Source: Mayamaea pseudoterrestris
Lineage: Eukaryota
Length of the DNA: 64,000 nucleotides
NCBI GenBank assembly: GCA_027923505.1
Contig: BROI01000007.1
Location: 682,001 to 746,000 of the forward strand
Direction of reading: 5' to 3'
Positions 1-10,454 of this stretch are shown piece by piece. Position 1 is the stretch's first letter, and each line of letters begins with the position of its first letter. The translations under genes were made by a program, and so were the position numbers. A model generated the notes under the pieces. That model was not told the DNA's origin. It ran no database searches and worked only from the letters and a program-made list of their open reading frames with translations.

Positions 1-10
1 CATGTTGTAA

Positions 11-1300
11 TCATATTGTAGGTGGATATGATACGTGAAGCAGCAGACTCGTCGCAGCCAAGGCGCCACCAAACCATTGTGTCGCCGTCACCTTTTTGGA
101 GCGCTTCACTCCATCACTTGCGTCCGCAGCAGCCACTGGCATATAGTTTTGCAGCAAGCCAGATAGAAACATGCCGAATATCAGCGAGAATCCCTTTTGG
201 ACTGCACCGGCATACTTGGTGACCAAGCCGACCAATAAACCGCCCGCGGCATTGGTCAAGAGAGGGATCCACGTTTGCTTGGTCCATCCGGTCCACATGG
301 ATGATGGAGCTGATGCTGGTGTCGCTGCAGTCATGTTGTCGCTACTACCAATGGTTTTGCTGGTCTCGCTCTTGTTCGTATTTGTTCCTTGTCGAAGCTG
401 TTGAAAAACCTTTGTTACACTCATAATGACAATGGAGCAGGTGGCCAGCTCCATGTTGAAAATCATGGCGTTGCGAGAATGGACCTGCAGACTCTTTTGC
501 GCCAAGGCTCCGGCCAGCCCCGAGGTGGTGCTGGCGACAAGGACTGGAACGACTCCCGTCCAAAAGGAATCCTCCGAAAGCGAGTCGGCTGAAGTTGGCG
601 ACTCTGTTTTCGATTTTTTGGAAACTGCTGACACTAGCTTTCCCAGTGAGCCTTCCATGATGAGTGCAGCCAGAACAAGTAGAAAGAGCGCCACCATTTG
701 CTGAGGCGACTGCTTTTGTCCAAGCAAAAAGTAGCAAAAAATGGCTGCACTCAGCGTTTTCGTTTGATTGAGGACATTGTACGTTATCGGAGACAAGTGC
801 TGATAGGCCATGAGACTGCAAATGTTCTGTACAAGATACAGCATGGAAGGTATTCCTGCCGCTTGGAGTGCACTGACAATCGTCCAGCCTTGGGCTGCAG
901 TCGCCAAGCTTCGGTTCAGCAAAATGAGCGACATGAGAATACGAATAACATCCTGCATGAGCACGTAGGTTCCTCGCTGAATGGACTTGCTGGCAAACGA
1001 TTTCGTCAACACAGGTTGGAAGGCAAACTGAAGGCAAAGGAGAATCATGCTGATGCCTCCGATCTGATTCGTCGATGCTGCAATGGCATTCGTTGCAAAA
1101 AGTGTTGTTGCGACTTGTTTCTTGGTCTTGAGAGTACCTACAGAAACAAGACTATTTCTCTTACAACGATCAACACCCACAATATCATACGCTGGCCGTA
1201 TTTGAGATGTTCTTGACGCCGAAAGTGATGTATGAATAGGTCTGGTCGAGAATGATGTCGTTGTAGGGAGCAGAATGGCGAAAAGGATCAGCATCGACAT
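11..1300 (-). CDS. Nucleotide-sugar transporter (SLC35A / CMP-sialic acid / UDP-Gal transporter family) with N-terminal signal and transit-like extension
   Basis: Intronless ORF (longest form starts at 1423). The probable start is M42 at 1300 (MSMLILFAILLPTTTS-F). Family motifs: PSMLYLVQN, TYNVLNQTKTLSAAIF, SGLAGAL, GGLLVGLVTKYAGAVQKGF. Multiple hydrophobic helices. Confidence 0.85.
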   Translation of the reverse strand: MSMLILFAILLPTTTSFSTRPIHTSLSASRTSQIRPAYDIVGVDRCKRNSLVSVGTLKTKKQVATTLFATNAIAASTNQIGGISMILLCLQFAFQPVLTKSFASKSIQRGTYVLMQDVIRILMSLILLNRSLATAAQGWTIVSALQAAGIPSMLYLVQNICSLMAYQHLSPITYNVLNQTKTLSAAIFCYFLLGQKQSPQQMVALFLLVLAALIMEGSLGKLVSAVSKKSKTESPTSADSLSEDSFWTGVVPVLVASTTSGLAGALAQKSLQVHSRNAMIFNMELATCSIVIMSVTKVFQQLRQGTNTNKSETSKTIGSSDNMTAATPASAPSSMWTGWTKQTWIPLLTNAAGGLLVGLVTKYAGAVQKGFSLIFGMFLSGLLQNYMPVAAADASDGVKRSKKVTATQWFGGALAATSLLLHVSYPPTI

Positions 1301-1759
1301 GACTCGTCTCGCCCTTGTCGCCTGGCGATGTGCCGCAGTAACCATTGGACCACTGGTTCCTACAAGTAGTATACTCGTCGGCGACGGGCTGTCAACTATG
1401 TGACCATGTTGAAATCGGATCATGGCGATGATGGATCTTCGATCTTCGGCATCATCCGTTTTCTACTACTGTCGCAGCGTTGTTCGATTCGTCGAAATCG
1501 AACCACTCATGCGGTCGGCTGGTCGACTGCTACCGGTAGTCATGCACAAAGACAATGATGTATTGCGAGGTATAGACTCAATATTTTTGAAATAATAAGC
1601 ACGGGTTGCTATGAGTCAAACCATGCTGCTTTCGCAAGTGATGCAATCCAGCTCCAGTCTCCATTCCACATGCCTGCTGCCTGCTGTCGCAGCATATGAG
1701 CTAACAAACCTAAAGAAGCAACGATTCAACTCTTGAAACCCTCTTACTATATGATTTAA

Positions 1760-2155
1760 CTATTGCTTGCTTTCATATTGCTCCGGCGTCCATGTCTTCA
1801 TTGTCAGAGCATGAATTTGTGGCATGAGATCTTTGAGGCAATCATTGACCATGCGGTGCCTCTTGATGAGGGAAACTCCCTCAAACTTTGAACTGACGAC
1901 AACGAGCTCAATTTTGGCGCCGGAGCAATGGTCGTCGGTAAAGTCGACGACTTCAGTGTGCGTCGCTTCCAAGTCGACGTTGCACTGGAATGAAATTGAA
2001 TGAGGAGGCAGATGGCAGATTGTGACGGTTACGAAATAGGTGAGAATGGAGAATAGATATTACCATTCATACGCCAGTCGTTGAATATTCGAAATGGCGA
2101 CTACTGATTGATTCTGACTTGCCTTTTCCTTGACTTGCTCCGCAATAGAGGCCAT
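1760..2155 (-). CDS. BolA family protein (BolA2-like), ~85 aa, 2 exons
   Basis: Exon 2 (1984-1760) encodes CNVDLEATHTEVVD...VVSSKFEGVSLIKRHRMVN...IHAL, the BolA signature. Exon 1 (2155-2123) encodes MASIAEQVKEK and joins in frame through an intron with donor AAG|GCAAGT and acceptor TTCCAG. Confidence 0.85.
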
Positions 2156-2373
2156 GGTGCAAAATTCTTTGGAGGCAGAAACGGAGCGCCGCGCGAGAAT
2201 GCCGTCACGCAAGCCGGCCGGTGCATGGGTGTGGAGGGATTTCAGGTGTCGGACTGGTTATCGATCAGCCGCACCAAACTCGCCATTGTCATTTTTCCAG
2301 CTTGCCATCACTCTCGTCAAGTCGCTACTACTCCATTGTCATTGTTGCCGCTAGCTTGACACGGCACACAGTC

Positions 2374-5070
2374 ATGGCGTTCCGCGACAAAGATCCCAAT
2401 CGTTTGGGCTCCAAGGGTGGCGCGGAAAAGTTGTGGAGCAATGTCCGCCCACTCAAGAAGCAAGGACTCGTTCCTCCATCACAACTGGCAATGACGACAA
2501 ATCAACCAAAGCCTACTAGCACCTCGTTCCTCGCCGCCGCCATCAAAGGAAAGGAAGGAAACACCATTGAAACATCTTCCGTTGTATTGAGTCCTCTTGG
2601 CCGGCGCAGTCAGCCGTATCGCCTTTTGAGCAATGACAATGCAGGCGGCGCGCTCGTTCCGACATTGCAACCAGACACCGCCTCTCGCGCCGTCCCTAGC
2701 TTGCAGCCCTTTCTTGCTCCTCCCGGTATTCCCGTGACTCCTACAGCGACGCCGGATGAATTCAGCAAGCGCCCTTTGGCTCGCGCGCTGAGTTTCCTTT
2801 CAGTCTACCGAAACGAGGAGCAGTGCACTCGCAACGATAACGCCTCCTTTGACATCTACCAAGACGTCAAGAGCATTTGGGAGGCTCCGGAGTGCCAGAG
2901 TCCAAATGTTCCGCGCGTCGTTGGACTTACAGACCTTTGGGACAGCGCGCCGCACTTCAATCCTTGGTCGACGGGCAAAAATGACAAGTTTCTCCCAGCC
3001 AGCAGCAGCCTTGCCAACAACATTTGGGCGGATACGAGTCGTCGCCGTCAGCCAATGTCTCCCATTACTAGTGTCTCTGGTGATTGGAAAGGAGGAATGG
3101 AAGCTGCATTGATGAACAAGGACAATTTCTACAACATTCTCCAAGCTAGCCACGACAGTCCCTCGTGCAGCCTTGACGACGAGGATGAGTCGGTCGACTA
3201 CGAGGACGCGGAACGCATGACGGAAGGCGTGTTTCGTCTCTTGTTTGGAGACGATGGTATTAAGGAAGACTCTCCCCTGTTGCCGTCGACTACGGAAGCG
3301 TCTCATCATGACGAGGCTGTAAAGCAGGTGGACGTCGAGACGAAGGCACTGGCAAACGCAAGCGTTTCATCCAACGGCGAAAACATGCTCGCCAAGATGT
3401 GGAACGACATCAAGGACCAGTATAACATTGACGACATTATTGTCTACAAGGGTCCGATGACCCGACCAGACTACGCCAACGTCATTGCCGACTTGGTCGC
3501 CTTCAAAACAGTAGGCGGAGCTGAGCGCGCCGAATACGTTCTTCTCTACATTATCCGACTCTACAAACTTGGTCTCTCAAATGTTCGGCCGGATGGCGGC
3601 TGCTACAACAAGGTCCTTCATGGCTACGCGGAGGCTCGCATGCCGCTACAGGCGGAAGCGATTATTAATTTGATGTGCGCCTTGGCGGACGATGGAGACG
3701 AAATGGCGGTACCAAACACGAAGCACTACACAACGTTGCTTCACGCATGGCAACGTTCCAAAATGCCAGATTCCCTCGACCATTGTGAGCAAATTCTGGA
3801 CAAGATGCACGAGCTGTACGAAATCCGTGGCTTGACTAGCTGTAAGCCGGATGCGTTCACCTACACGACTGTTTTGCACGGCTGGTCCGATTCTGGACGT
3901 CCAGGTAAGTGCGCGCAAGATATCTTTTCTAAGCTTGTACATTCAAAGCATGACTTATTGCCGCTCTCCTCGTTCAGACGCATCGGCACGAGCAGAGGCG
4001 CTCTTCCGTAAAATGAAATACCGCGTTGAACAAGGCGACGAAGAACTTGCTCCTGATACTATTACATACTCGAATCTCATCAACGTCATTGCTAACGGGC
4101 AAGGATATGCTCGAGCAGCGGACATCTTGTGGGAAATGGTCGACGAGTTCTTGAAAGGCAACGCCAAGTGCAAGCCTCGGGTTCGTAATCTCAACACGAT
4201 TTTGGCTGTGTGGTCGAAATCCTATGCGCCATACGCGCCCGAGCAAGCTCACAAGATCGTCCTCCGCTGGTTGCACCTTAACGAGACCACGGAGATGACT
4301 GTCAAGCCGGATGCTTACTCTTATTGTCTCTTGCTCAAGTGTTGGTAAGTTAGTCACAACTTGGCCCATGTAGTTTTGGAACCTTTCAAGCAGGGAATGA
4401 CTAAATCATCGTGTATCTTCTCCCATCTTGCAGGTCCACTTCGACTCGCTCCGATGGTTCCGAACGCGCCGAGGAGACGTTACTTTGGCTGAAACAGCGC
4501 AGCAGGGCCGGCGATTGCGCTGCAAAGCTTGACACCATCAAGTACTCGACAGTGCTGACGGCTTGGATTGTTCGCAAGAAGTGGAAGCAAGCCAGTGCTC
4601 TTTTCGAGAAAATGGTAAATGACTACTTGGCCGGAAATAAGGATGCTAAACCAGATCTCAGTGTCTTTCAGAAGATTCTTGACGGATTATGTTCGGCGTC
4701 ATTGGTCAAAGAGGCCGACAGCCTGGTTCGTACGATGTGGACGCTGTCTATCCGCACCGGAGAGGATGTCACCAGCAACTGCGCTCAGGTCATCAAGGCG
4801 TGGGGTCAGGCTGGCTTTCCTGATCGGGCCGAGTGCCTCTTGATGGATTTGCAGAGGCTTTTCGATTCCCACCGTATCAAGTGCGGGCCGACAAAGCACT
4901 TGTATCGGATGGCGATCGATGGGTGGGGACGATCTAAGGTGCATGATCGTGGTACTCGTATTGCCAGCCTCAGTCGAAAGATGAACCTCCGATTCCCTGC
5001 CGGAGCCTATCAGCAAATCAAGTCAATTTCAAACGACAACACGTCCTTGACGGAGCGCCAACACTCATAG
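2374..5070 (+). CDS. Pentatricopeptide-repeat (PPR) protein with long disordered N-terminus, 3 exons
   Basis: Exons 2374-3904, 3978-4344 and 4434-5070, with GTAAGT donors and CAG acceptors; frame is conserved. PPR-like repeats: PDGGCYNKVLHGYA, PNTKHYTTLLHAW, PDAFTYTTVLHGW, PDTITYSNLINV, PDAYSYCLLLKCW, DTIKYSTVLTAW. Confidence 0.85.
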
Positions 5071-5799
5071 GGATTAGTCCAAGTGCACTAAAACACGCAG
5101 CTCAGTCGTTCTATAGTCTGCCCCTAGTAATGAGTGATGGCTTCATCCTACAAGGCTACGGAAGCAGATGTATAGTAAACTCTATCTTAAATCACAACTG
5201 TCATAAGCCTATAGACAATGCTGAAGCCTCACATGACTGCAAATGTTTATCTTTGTGTATCCAATGACTCCTTGTATCCATTCGTGTTGTTGGCCAGTGG
5301 ATATGTAGTTCCATCTTCTTTTCCTTCACTGCCGAGTCAATCCCATTAATAGTAGTTGTATAGTCCCTCCTTCTTTTCCTCAGCCCAGCTGACACAGATG
5401 CGAACTACTCACCAATGACATTGCAGGCCACTGAGGGTCCAGCCATGCATTCCTTTTTGTAGAACACGCTCAACAATGGTGTGGGCACCATTCTTGTGTG
5501 ATTTGGGCATATACAGCGCTCTATATATGAGCTGTTTAAAAGCCATGCTTGGAATGCCGCTTTGGCTAATTTAAACTGGCAAGATACGAGCAATGGTCTC
5601 GCCAGCAAGTCATGGTCTGCTTCAACATGGCTCGCTTCATGGGCAATGTGAGAATTGACATGTTGGCTCGAAAGCGAGTTCTTACCGGTAGATACGGAGT
5701 ATGAGGGGAAAAGTTGTTAATACTGTACATCTTTTATAATATGCATAAGTAAATACGCTGAACTTGGCTCGGCGATGACAATCACACTACCGTAGACGT

Positions 5800-7659
5800 T
5801 CACGCCCAAGCCTTCCCGTTCCAACGTTTCAACTTGAGATACTCCTGAACTTCCGGCGACTTGGCGATAAACTTCCATAGATCTTTCAACTGCTTCATGG
5901 CAGCGTCGGTACGGTCGCGTAGCATGGTTGCCATGCGCTTCTTGGCATTCTGAATGAGCGTCTTGTAGTAGCAGCGAACGCGGTCGCGAATCTGCTTGGT
6001 CGTCACCTCGGCAGGGAAAATCCACTTGTGATCCTTGGCCGTTTGACAAATATGTTGGCATAGTAGGTTGTTAAAGGCAAATTGCTCTCGAAAGTGATTC
6101 TTGTTGCTTGACAATTCATAGTACCGAGCCATGTTCTTGAGGACAATGTGCTCGAGTGGCGGGTACAAATTAAATTGAAACGACAAATCCAAAACACCGG
6201 CAGGAGGGTTCTTGCGTTTGGCTGGCTGGGCATGTCCAAGCACCATGCGCACGTAAACTTCCTTCGTCGCCGTCGGGCAGTCGACAAGAATGTGTTCCAT
6301 GACATCTGCAATAGATTTCGGTTGATGCTTGACTTTTGGCCGTTTCGAAACTTTTGTCTGTTGGCGGTTTGCAACTGCCGCTGGAGGATACTCGGTGGGC
6401 CGAGCCCTCTTGCCCTTGAATACTGCCGAACTCGAGTGTTTGTCTCCTGGAGCTGAGAGTGTCGCAATGGGTTCATACTTTCCCGACGGCCATACGGCGG
6501 ACAAGAGAGCCGCGTCTTGCGCTCCGGCAACAACAAGTTTCGTTCTGGTAATACGGCTATTGGAACCAAGTTGCGGCTTGGCAGTTTCAAATGGAGGAAG
6601 TGGCTCGCATGTTGGAAAGGAATTGGTCGGCCCGAGCAAATTGGACGTTGTAGTTTCGTGAAAGGGTAACGATCGGCGAGTCGACCGGCGCAAATATGTT
6701 TCGGCATCGGCCCCGTCCTTTCGCAACGTTGCTCGATTGGGTGACTTGTCTTGGAGTACATGTCTGATGGAACGTTTTGCCAGTGACTTGTTCCGCTTGG
6801 CAGCAGTTTTCGTTTGCGAGTTTCGAACCTCCCTGCTCGTGGAGATTGTTGGGTGCACTTGCAAAGCAGACTCAAGAGCGTGCATGGTGCCTTTCTTGAC
6901 CAAAGTCTCTCCATGCATCGTTGATGACGATTGTTGCAGAACATTGGTGTCACATTGCGTCATCGTCTTGGCGACTGGTACCAGATTGCTTTGGCTCGTC
7001 TCGGCCGGATATTTCGTCGGCGATGCTCCATACGACAAGACGAGCAGCTCGCAGCTTTGCTGACTACTACTTTGTTCATGTTCCGTTTCATACGGTTGAT
7101 CGTCTATATGCGTTCCATGTTGCTCTTGCTCCAAGAGTTTAATGTCAATCGCACTCAGCAGCGAGTCCCAGCCTTCCTGGTCATTCTGCTCCATGTTTCG
7201 ACGCAATCCTTGCAAATGACAAGGAGACGTTTGGCTTGTTGCAGTTTCATGCTGTCGAGCAGAATCGTCGGCATTGCTGTTCACTGCAAATGTCATTGCC
7301 ACATTGGAACGTGACGATGAATCGCCGTTTCGCTTCATGGATGCCTCAGTGGCTCTCAAGCTCTCATAATGACTATTATCAATGGAACATTCCGTCTCTT
7401 GCGACATGCTTAGTTCATCTTGCTTGAGCTCTTCCGTGAGGATGGATTGACTTCCAAAGACGGCCTGCGAGGAGGATGCACCGAGGCGTTCGAGGAGCTT
7501 ATCTCCAGGAGAATATGACTTGGCGCCTTTAAACTGCGTCAATGAATGCTCCGGGTAATTATTCGTATGTTTTGAAAAGGACATGGCGTTTGATTGAGTT
7601 GATCCAGGTATAGTAGTCGATGCAGCGGAGCGTCGGATCGAATGAAGTTTGATTGCCAT
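5800..7659 (-). CDS. Hypothetical protein, 619 aa; S/Q/T-rich disordered N-terminus and basic helical C-terminal domain
   Basis: Long intronless ORF. The C-terminal ~130 aa look folded (FNLYPPLEHIV...YYELS...QFAFNN...IRDRVRCYYKTLIQNAKKR). Basic NLS-like patches. Confidence 0.7.
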   Translation of the reverse strand: MAIKLHSIRRSAASTTIPGSTQSNAMSFSKHTNNYPEHSLTQFKGAKSYSPGDKLLERLGASSSQAVFGSQSILTEELKQDELSMSQETECSIDNSHYESLRATEASMKRNGDSSSRSNVAMTFAVNSNADDSARQHETATSQTSPCHLQGLRRNMEQNDQEGWDSLLSAIDIKLLEQEQHGTHIDDQPYETEHEQSSSQQSCELLVLSYGASPTKYPAETSQSNLVPVAKTMTQCDTNVLQQSSSTMHGETLVKKGTMHALESALQVHPTISTSREVRNSQTKTAAKRNKSLAKRSIRHVLQDKSPNRATLRKDGADAETYLRRSTRRSLPFHETTTSNLLGPTNSFPTCEPLPPFETAKPQLGSNSRITRTKLVVAGAQDAALLSAVWPSGKYEPIATLSAPGDKHSSSAVFKGKRARPTEYPPAAVANRQQTKVSKRPKVKHQPKSIADVMEHILVDCPTATKEVYVRMVLGHAQPAKRKNPPAGVLDLSFQFNLYPPLEHIVLKNMARYYELSSNKNHFREQFAFNNLLCQHICQTAKDHKWIFPAEVTTKQIRDRVRCYYKTLIQNAKKRMATMLRDRTDAAMKQLKDLWKFIAKSPEVQEYLKLKRWNGKAWA

Positions 7660-7895
7660 GGCCGCATTGTTCGGTTTCTTTTGCGCGCGACGAGGCTCGT
7701 TCCAACGACTTTGGTTTGGTGACGGCTAAATTTTTCGATGGCTTCATCCAAGTCGAGTGACGGACGATGGACGGACGTTTTCATTCCCTCCGACGCAACA
7801 CGTCATCACGTCACGCTTTGCAAAGAAAAAAGGTGCAGCAGCTTGGACAATCGAGACGAACCATCCTGGTCCATCGCAAGTCCTTCTACTATTAC

Positions 7896-8522
7896 ATGAT
7901 GAAACTATCTTGTCTCGTGCTCCTATCCTCTGCCTCGGCTTTTTCGGTGAAAAATTTGGCGCCTCATCGAAGAAGCAGCGTTGTCACAGAGCTCGATGCA
8001 GTTTCACGTCGCAACATGCTGACGTTTGCCGCAGCCACCATTACTTGCTTGCTTCCTGCATTGAATGCCAACGCTGACATTGACTACGCCAAGGTGCAGG
8101 ACCTTTTGGGTCGACCCGATGGCGAATCCTCGGCGGCGCCGCAGTCATACTCGCCGAGTGGTCGGCCAACCTACTTGACGGAGCCGACAACTGAATTCAA
8201 AAACAATGAAGCCAGGGCGAGCGAGTTTAAACGAAAACAAATCAAGATCAAGCAAGAGTTTGCGGCATTGCTGGATAAGCTAGACACGGATCCGAACGAT
8301 CAAGACTTGCTGGCGCGAGACTTGGACGCACTGCGAACGAGCGTGCGAGTCAACAATGGGCTTCCCCTCGGCATTACCAAGGAGGAACTGGTCAAGCGCG
8401 TGCGACGACGCAAGGCCAAGCGATTCTGGCCAGTGCAGGTGGAGATTGCCTATCAGGACTTGCTGCAGGAGCTTCGACTGCAGCAGAGTCCAAACTATAA
8501 GGATGAGGAGAATCCGTTGTAA
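7896..8522 (+). CDS. Plastid (thylakoid lumen)-targeted protein of unknown function
   Basis: MMKLSCLVLLSSASA-F (signal peptide with ASAF motif), then a transit peptide, twin-arginine SRRNML, a hydrophobic stretch and an ANA-D cleavage site. Confidence 0.8.
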   Translation: MMKLSCLVLLSSASAFSVKNLAPHRRSSVVTELDAVSRRNMLTFAAATITCLLPALNANADIDYAKVQDLLGRPDGESSAAPQSYSPSGRPTYLTEPTTEFKNNEARASEFKRKQIKIKQEFAALLDKLDTDPNDQDLLARDLDALRTSVRVNNGLPLGITKEELVKRVRRRKAKRFWPVQVEIAYQDLLQELRLQQSPNYKDEENPL

Positions 8523-8773
8523 TTATACGAAAGGTTCATCACGATAGTATACTGAGATGACTTTCATCCTGCAGTTCCATCAAGCTACTGCTACTTAATT
8601 AGACAATCAATAACACTAACATTCAATCTTTAATTTAACAGCAGTTAGTGTCTATGATGTTGTCAAGTCTTAAACAGCTCGATTGATTACCGAGCGACTT
8701 GATTTCCATCAAACAGTCAAAACACCAACTGCGGGTGCGTTCATCTCTCCTTTCTCCTTCACAACCATCATGC

Positions 8774-9884
8774 TTAACTCTTGCAGAGAGAGCCGCAAAC
8801 GACAAGGTTGACGGAAAGAACAGTCTCGTCCACGGTGCTAAACTGCTCATATCCATTGGCGCATCCATACTCGCCCGTTCCTCCAATAATGGCGTTCTCG
8901 CTCGACTGGCACGTGAAGGCAAGGTTAATGGTGGAAACAACATCTTGACTGTTGGCATCCATAAAGCTAAAGGCTCCCGTGGCGACGCATTCGGAGCGGT
9001 CCGTCGTGTCGGCTGGCGTAATGGCAAAGTCCGAGTATGTACCAAGCTTGTCGCCAGACGACGCGTCGTAGAATGGAACGTTGCGGAGTCCAAAGCCATT
9101 GACTGCCGTAAAGCCGCCGGCGGTGATTTCGTCCGTGTAAAGCTTGACGGCAATGGTGGAGCATGTTGCGGTTTCGCCGTTTCCGTGGCCGCCGTCAGTG
9201 CCTGGGGCGGAGCCGGATCCAGTGGTGGGAGGAGCGACAGCGGTGGATCCCTTGGCTGGAGGAGGTGGGACAGCGGTGGAGCCTTCCGGAGTTGATGGAG
9301 CAACAGCGGTGGAACCCTTGGCTGGAGGAGGAACGGCGGCAGAGCCTGGAGCAGCTGGTGGCGTTGCAGTAGAACCGGTAGCAGGTGCAGGTGCGGCTCC
9401 ACTGCCTTGCGGCGGCGATGGAGGTGGAACGGCAGTGGAACCAGTTGCTGGAGGAGGAACGGATCCGCTGCTCTTGTGGTGGTGAGCAGGAGGTGCTACC
9501 GAGCCAGAGCCTGTCATATGAAAACAAGGATAGATGAGTGAATGTGTAACTGCAAAACAATCAATCCGCGAAGCTGCTGTATCATTTCTCACCATGCTTG
9601 CTGGCTCCCTTGGAGACTGCGCTACCCTTGGTCGACTTGCTTGCTCCCTTGCTGGCGCTGCCCTTGGAAGCCGCCTCATGGTGGTGCGCATGATGTTCGT
9701 GCTCGTTACGTTCCTTGGTCGAAGCCGAGCCCGAGCTGGTGTGAATCTGGAGCGAGTTCGAGCCTTCGGCTAACCATCGGCCACGAAGGAGCGTCTTGCG
9801 AGTCTCGGGATTCTTTGGAGGATTCGAGTGCGTAAAGGACGCAACAGAGACAAGGAGAAGGGAGAGGACGAGTGACTGCATCAT
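8774..9884 (-). CDS. Secreted Lys/Ser/Gly-rich, Pro-repeat protein with C-terminal dirigent/AOC-like domain (family member 1), 342 aa, 2 exons
   Basis: Exons 9884-9593 and 9510-8774 (G|GTGAGA...ACAG|GC, in frame). Signal peptide, RWL, His cluster, SKGSASKGASKSTKGSAVSKGASK, about 10 GST(A)VPPP repeats, then ECVATG...FTC...NAIIGGTGEYGCANG. Confidence 0.8.
9200..9505 (-). repeat. Coding tandem repeat of ~10-11 aa (GSTAVPPPxx) units
   Basis: Degenerate ~30-33 nt units (e.g. gcggtggaXcccttggctggaggagg on the + strand) encoding GSTAVPPPSPPQ, GSAAVPPPAK, GSTAVAPSTPE, GSTAVPPPPAK, GSTAVAPPTT. Confidence 0.8.
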
Positions 9885-10454
9885 GATGTTGATTGTGGAG
9901 TTGATGGATGATGAGTGCTCACGACGAATTTACAAAAAGTGTGTGTGTGCCGATTGATTGTGTTGTTTGTGTGTGAGCTCGATGCTGCAACGGCGTTCAC
10001 GCTTCGCGCCACCCGGCTGGCGACGTTGGCACACATTACATAGGCTATCGCAAGGCTCACGCGCAGTTTAAATCTGAACGGATGATTTGAATGTGGTGCG
10101 AGCTTCGATGATCCAATGCGCTCGATTCAACTTCCGATAAGATTCATTCGAGGTCGATCTTACGTAGAAATCGTACGCACACGTAGTACGAGTCGTTAAG
10201 TGCCGGATCCTGTAAAAATCGCAGTGGTTATGGATGAGAACTGGTGCGACATTTTAACGGGTTCCCAACGCTCGGACACAAACCATGGGACCGATGACCC
10301 TGCCATCGAAAAAGCACGATTAGGTTTTTCCAAATGTCACCGCGTTCTTTGACAGTGAGCGTCCCAGGTAACAACGCTTTACATGATACAAACAAGGCAA
10401 ACAACAATGCCAGACAGCAGCATGTCTACTACTACAAGCAGAACAATTCACCAC

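Noticed and set aside
5071..5799. Short ORFs (5201-5395, 5405-5608) in the long convergent intergenic gap
   Set aside because: They are under 70 aa, have non-ATG starts and no recognisable motifs. I cannot support a gene or transposon remnant.
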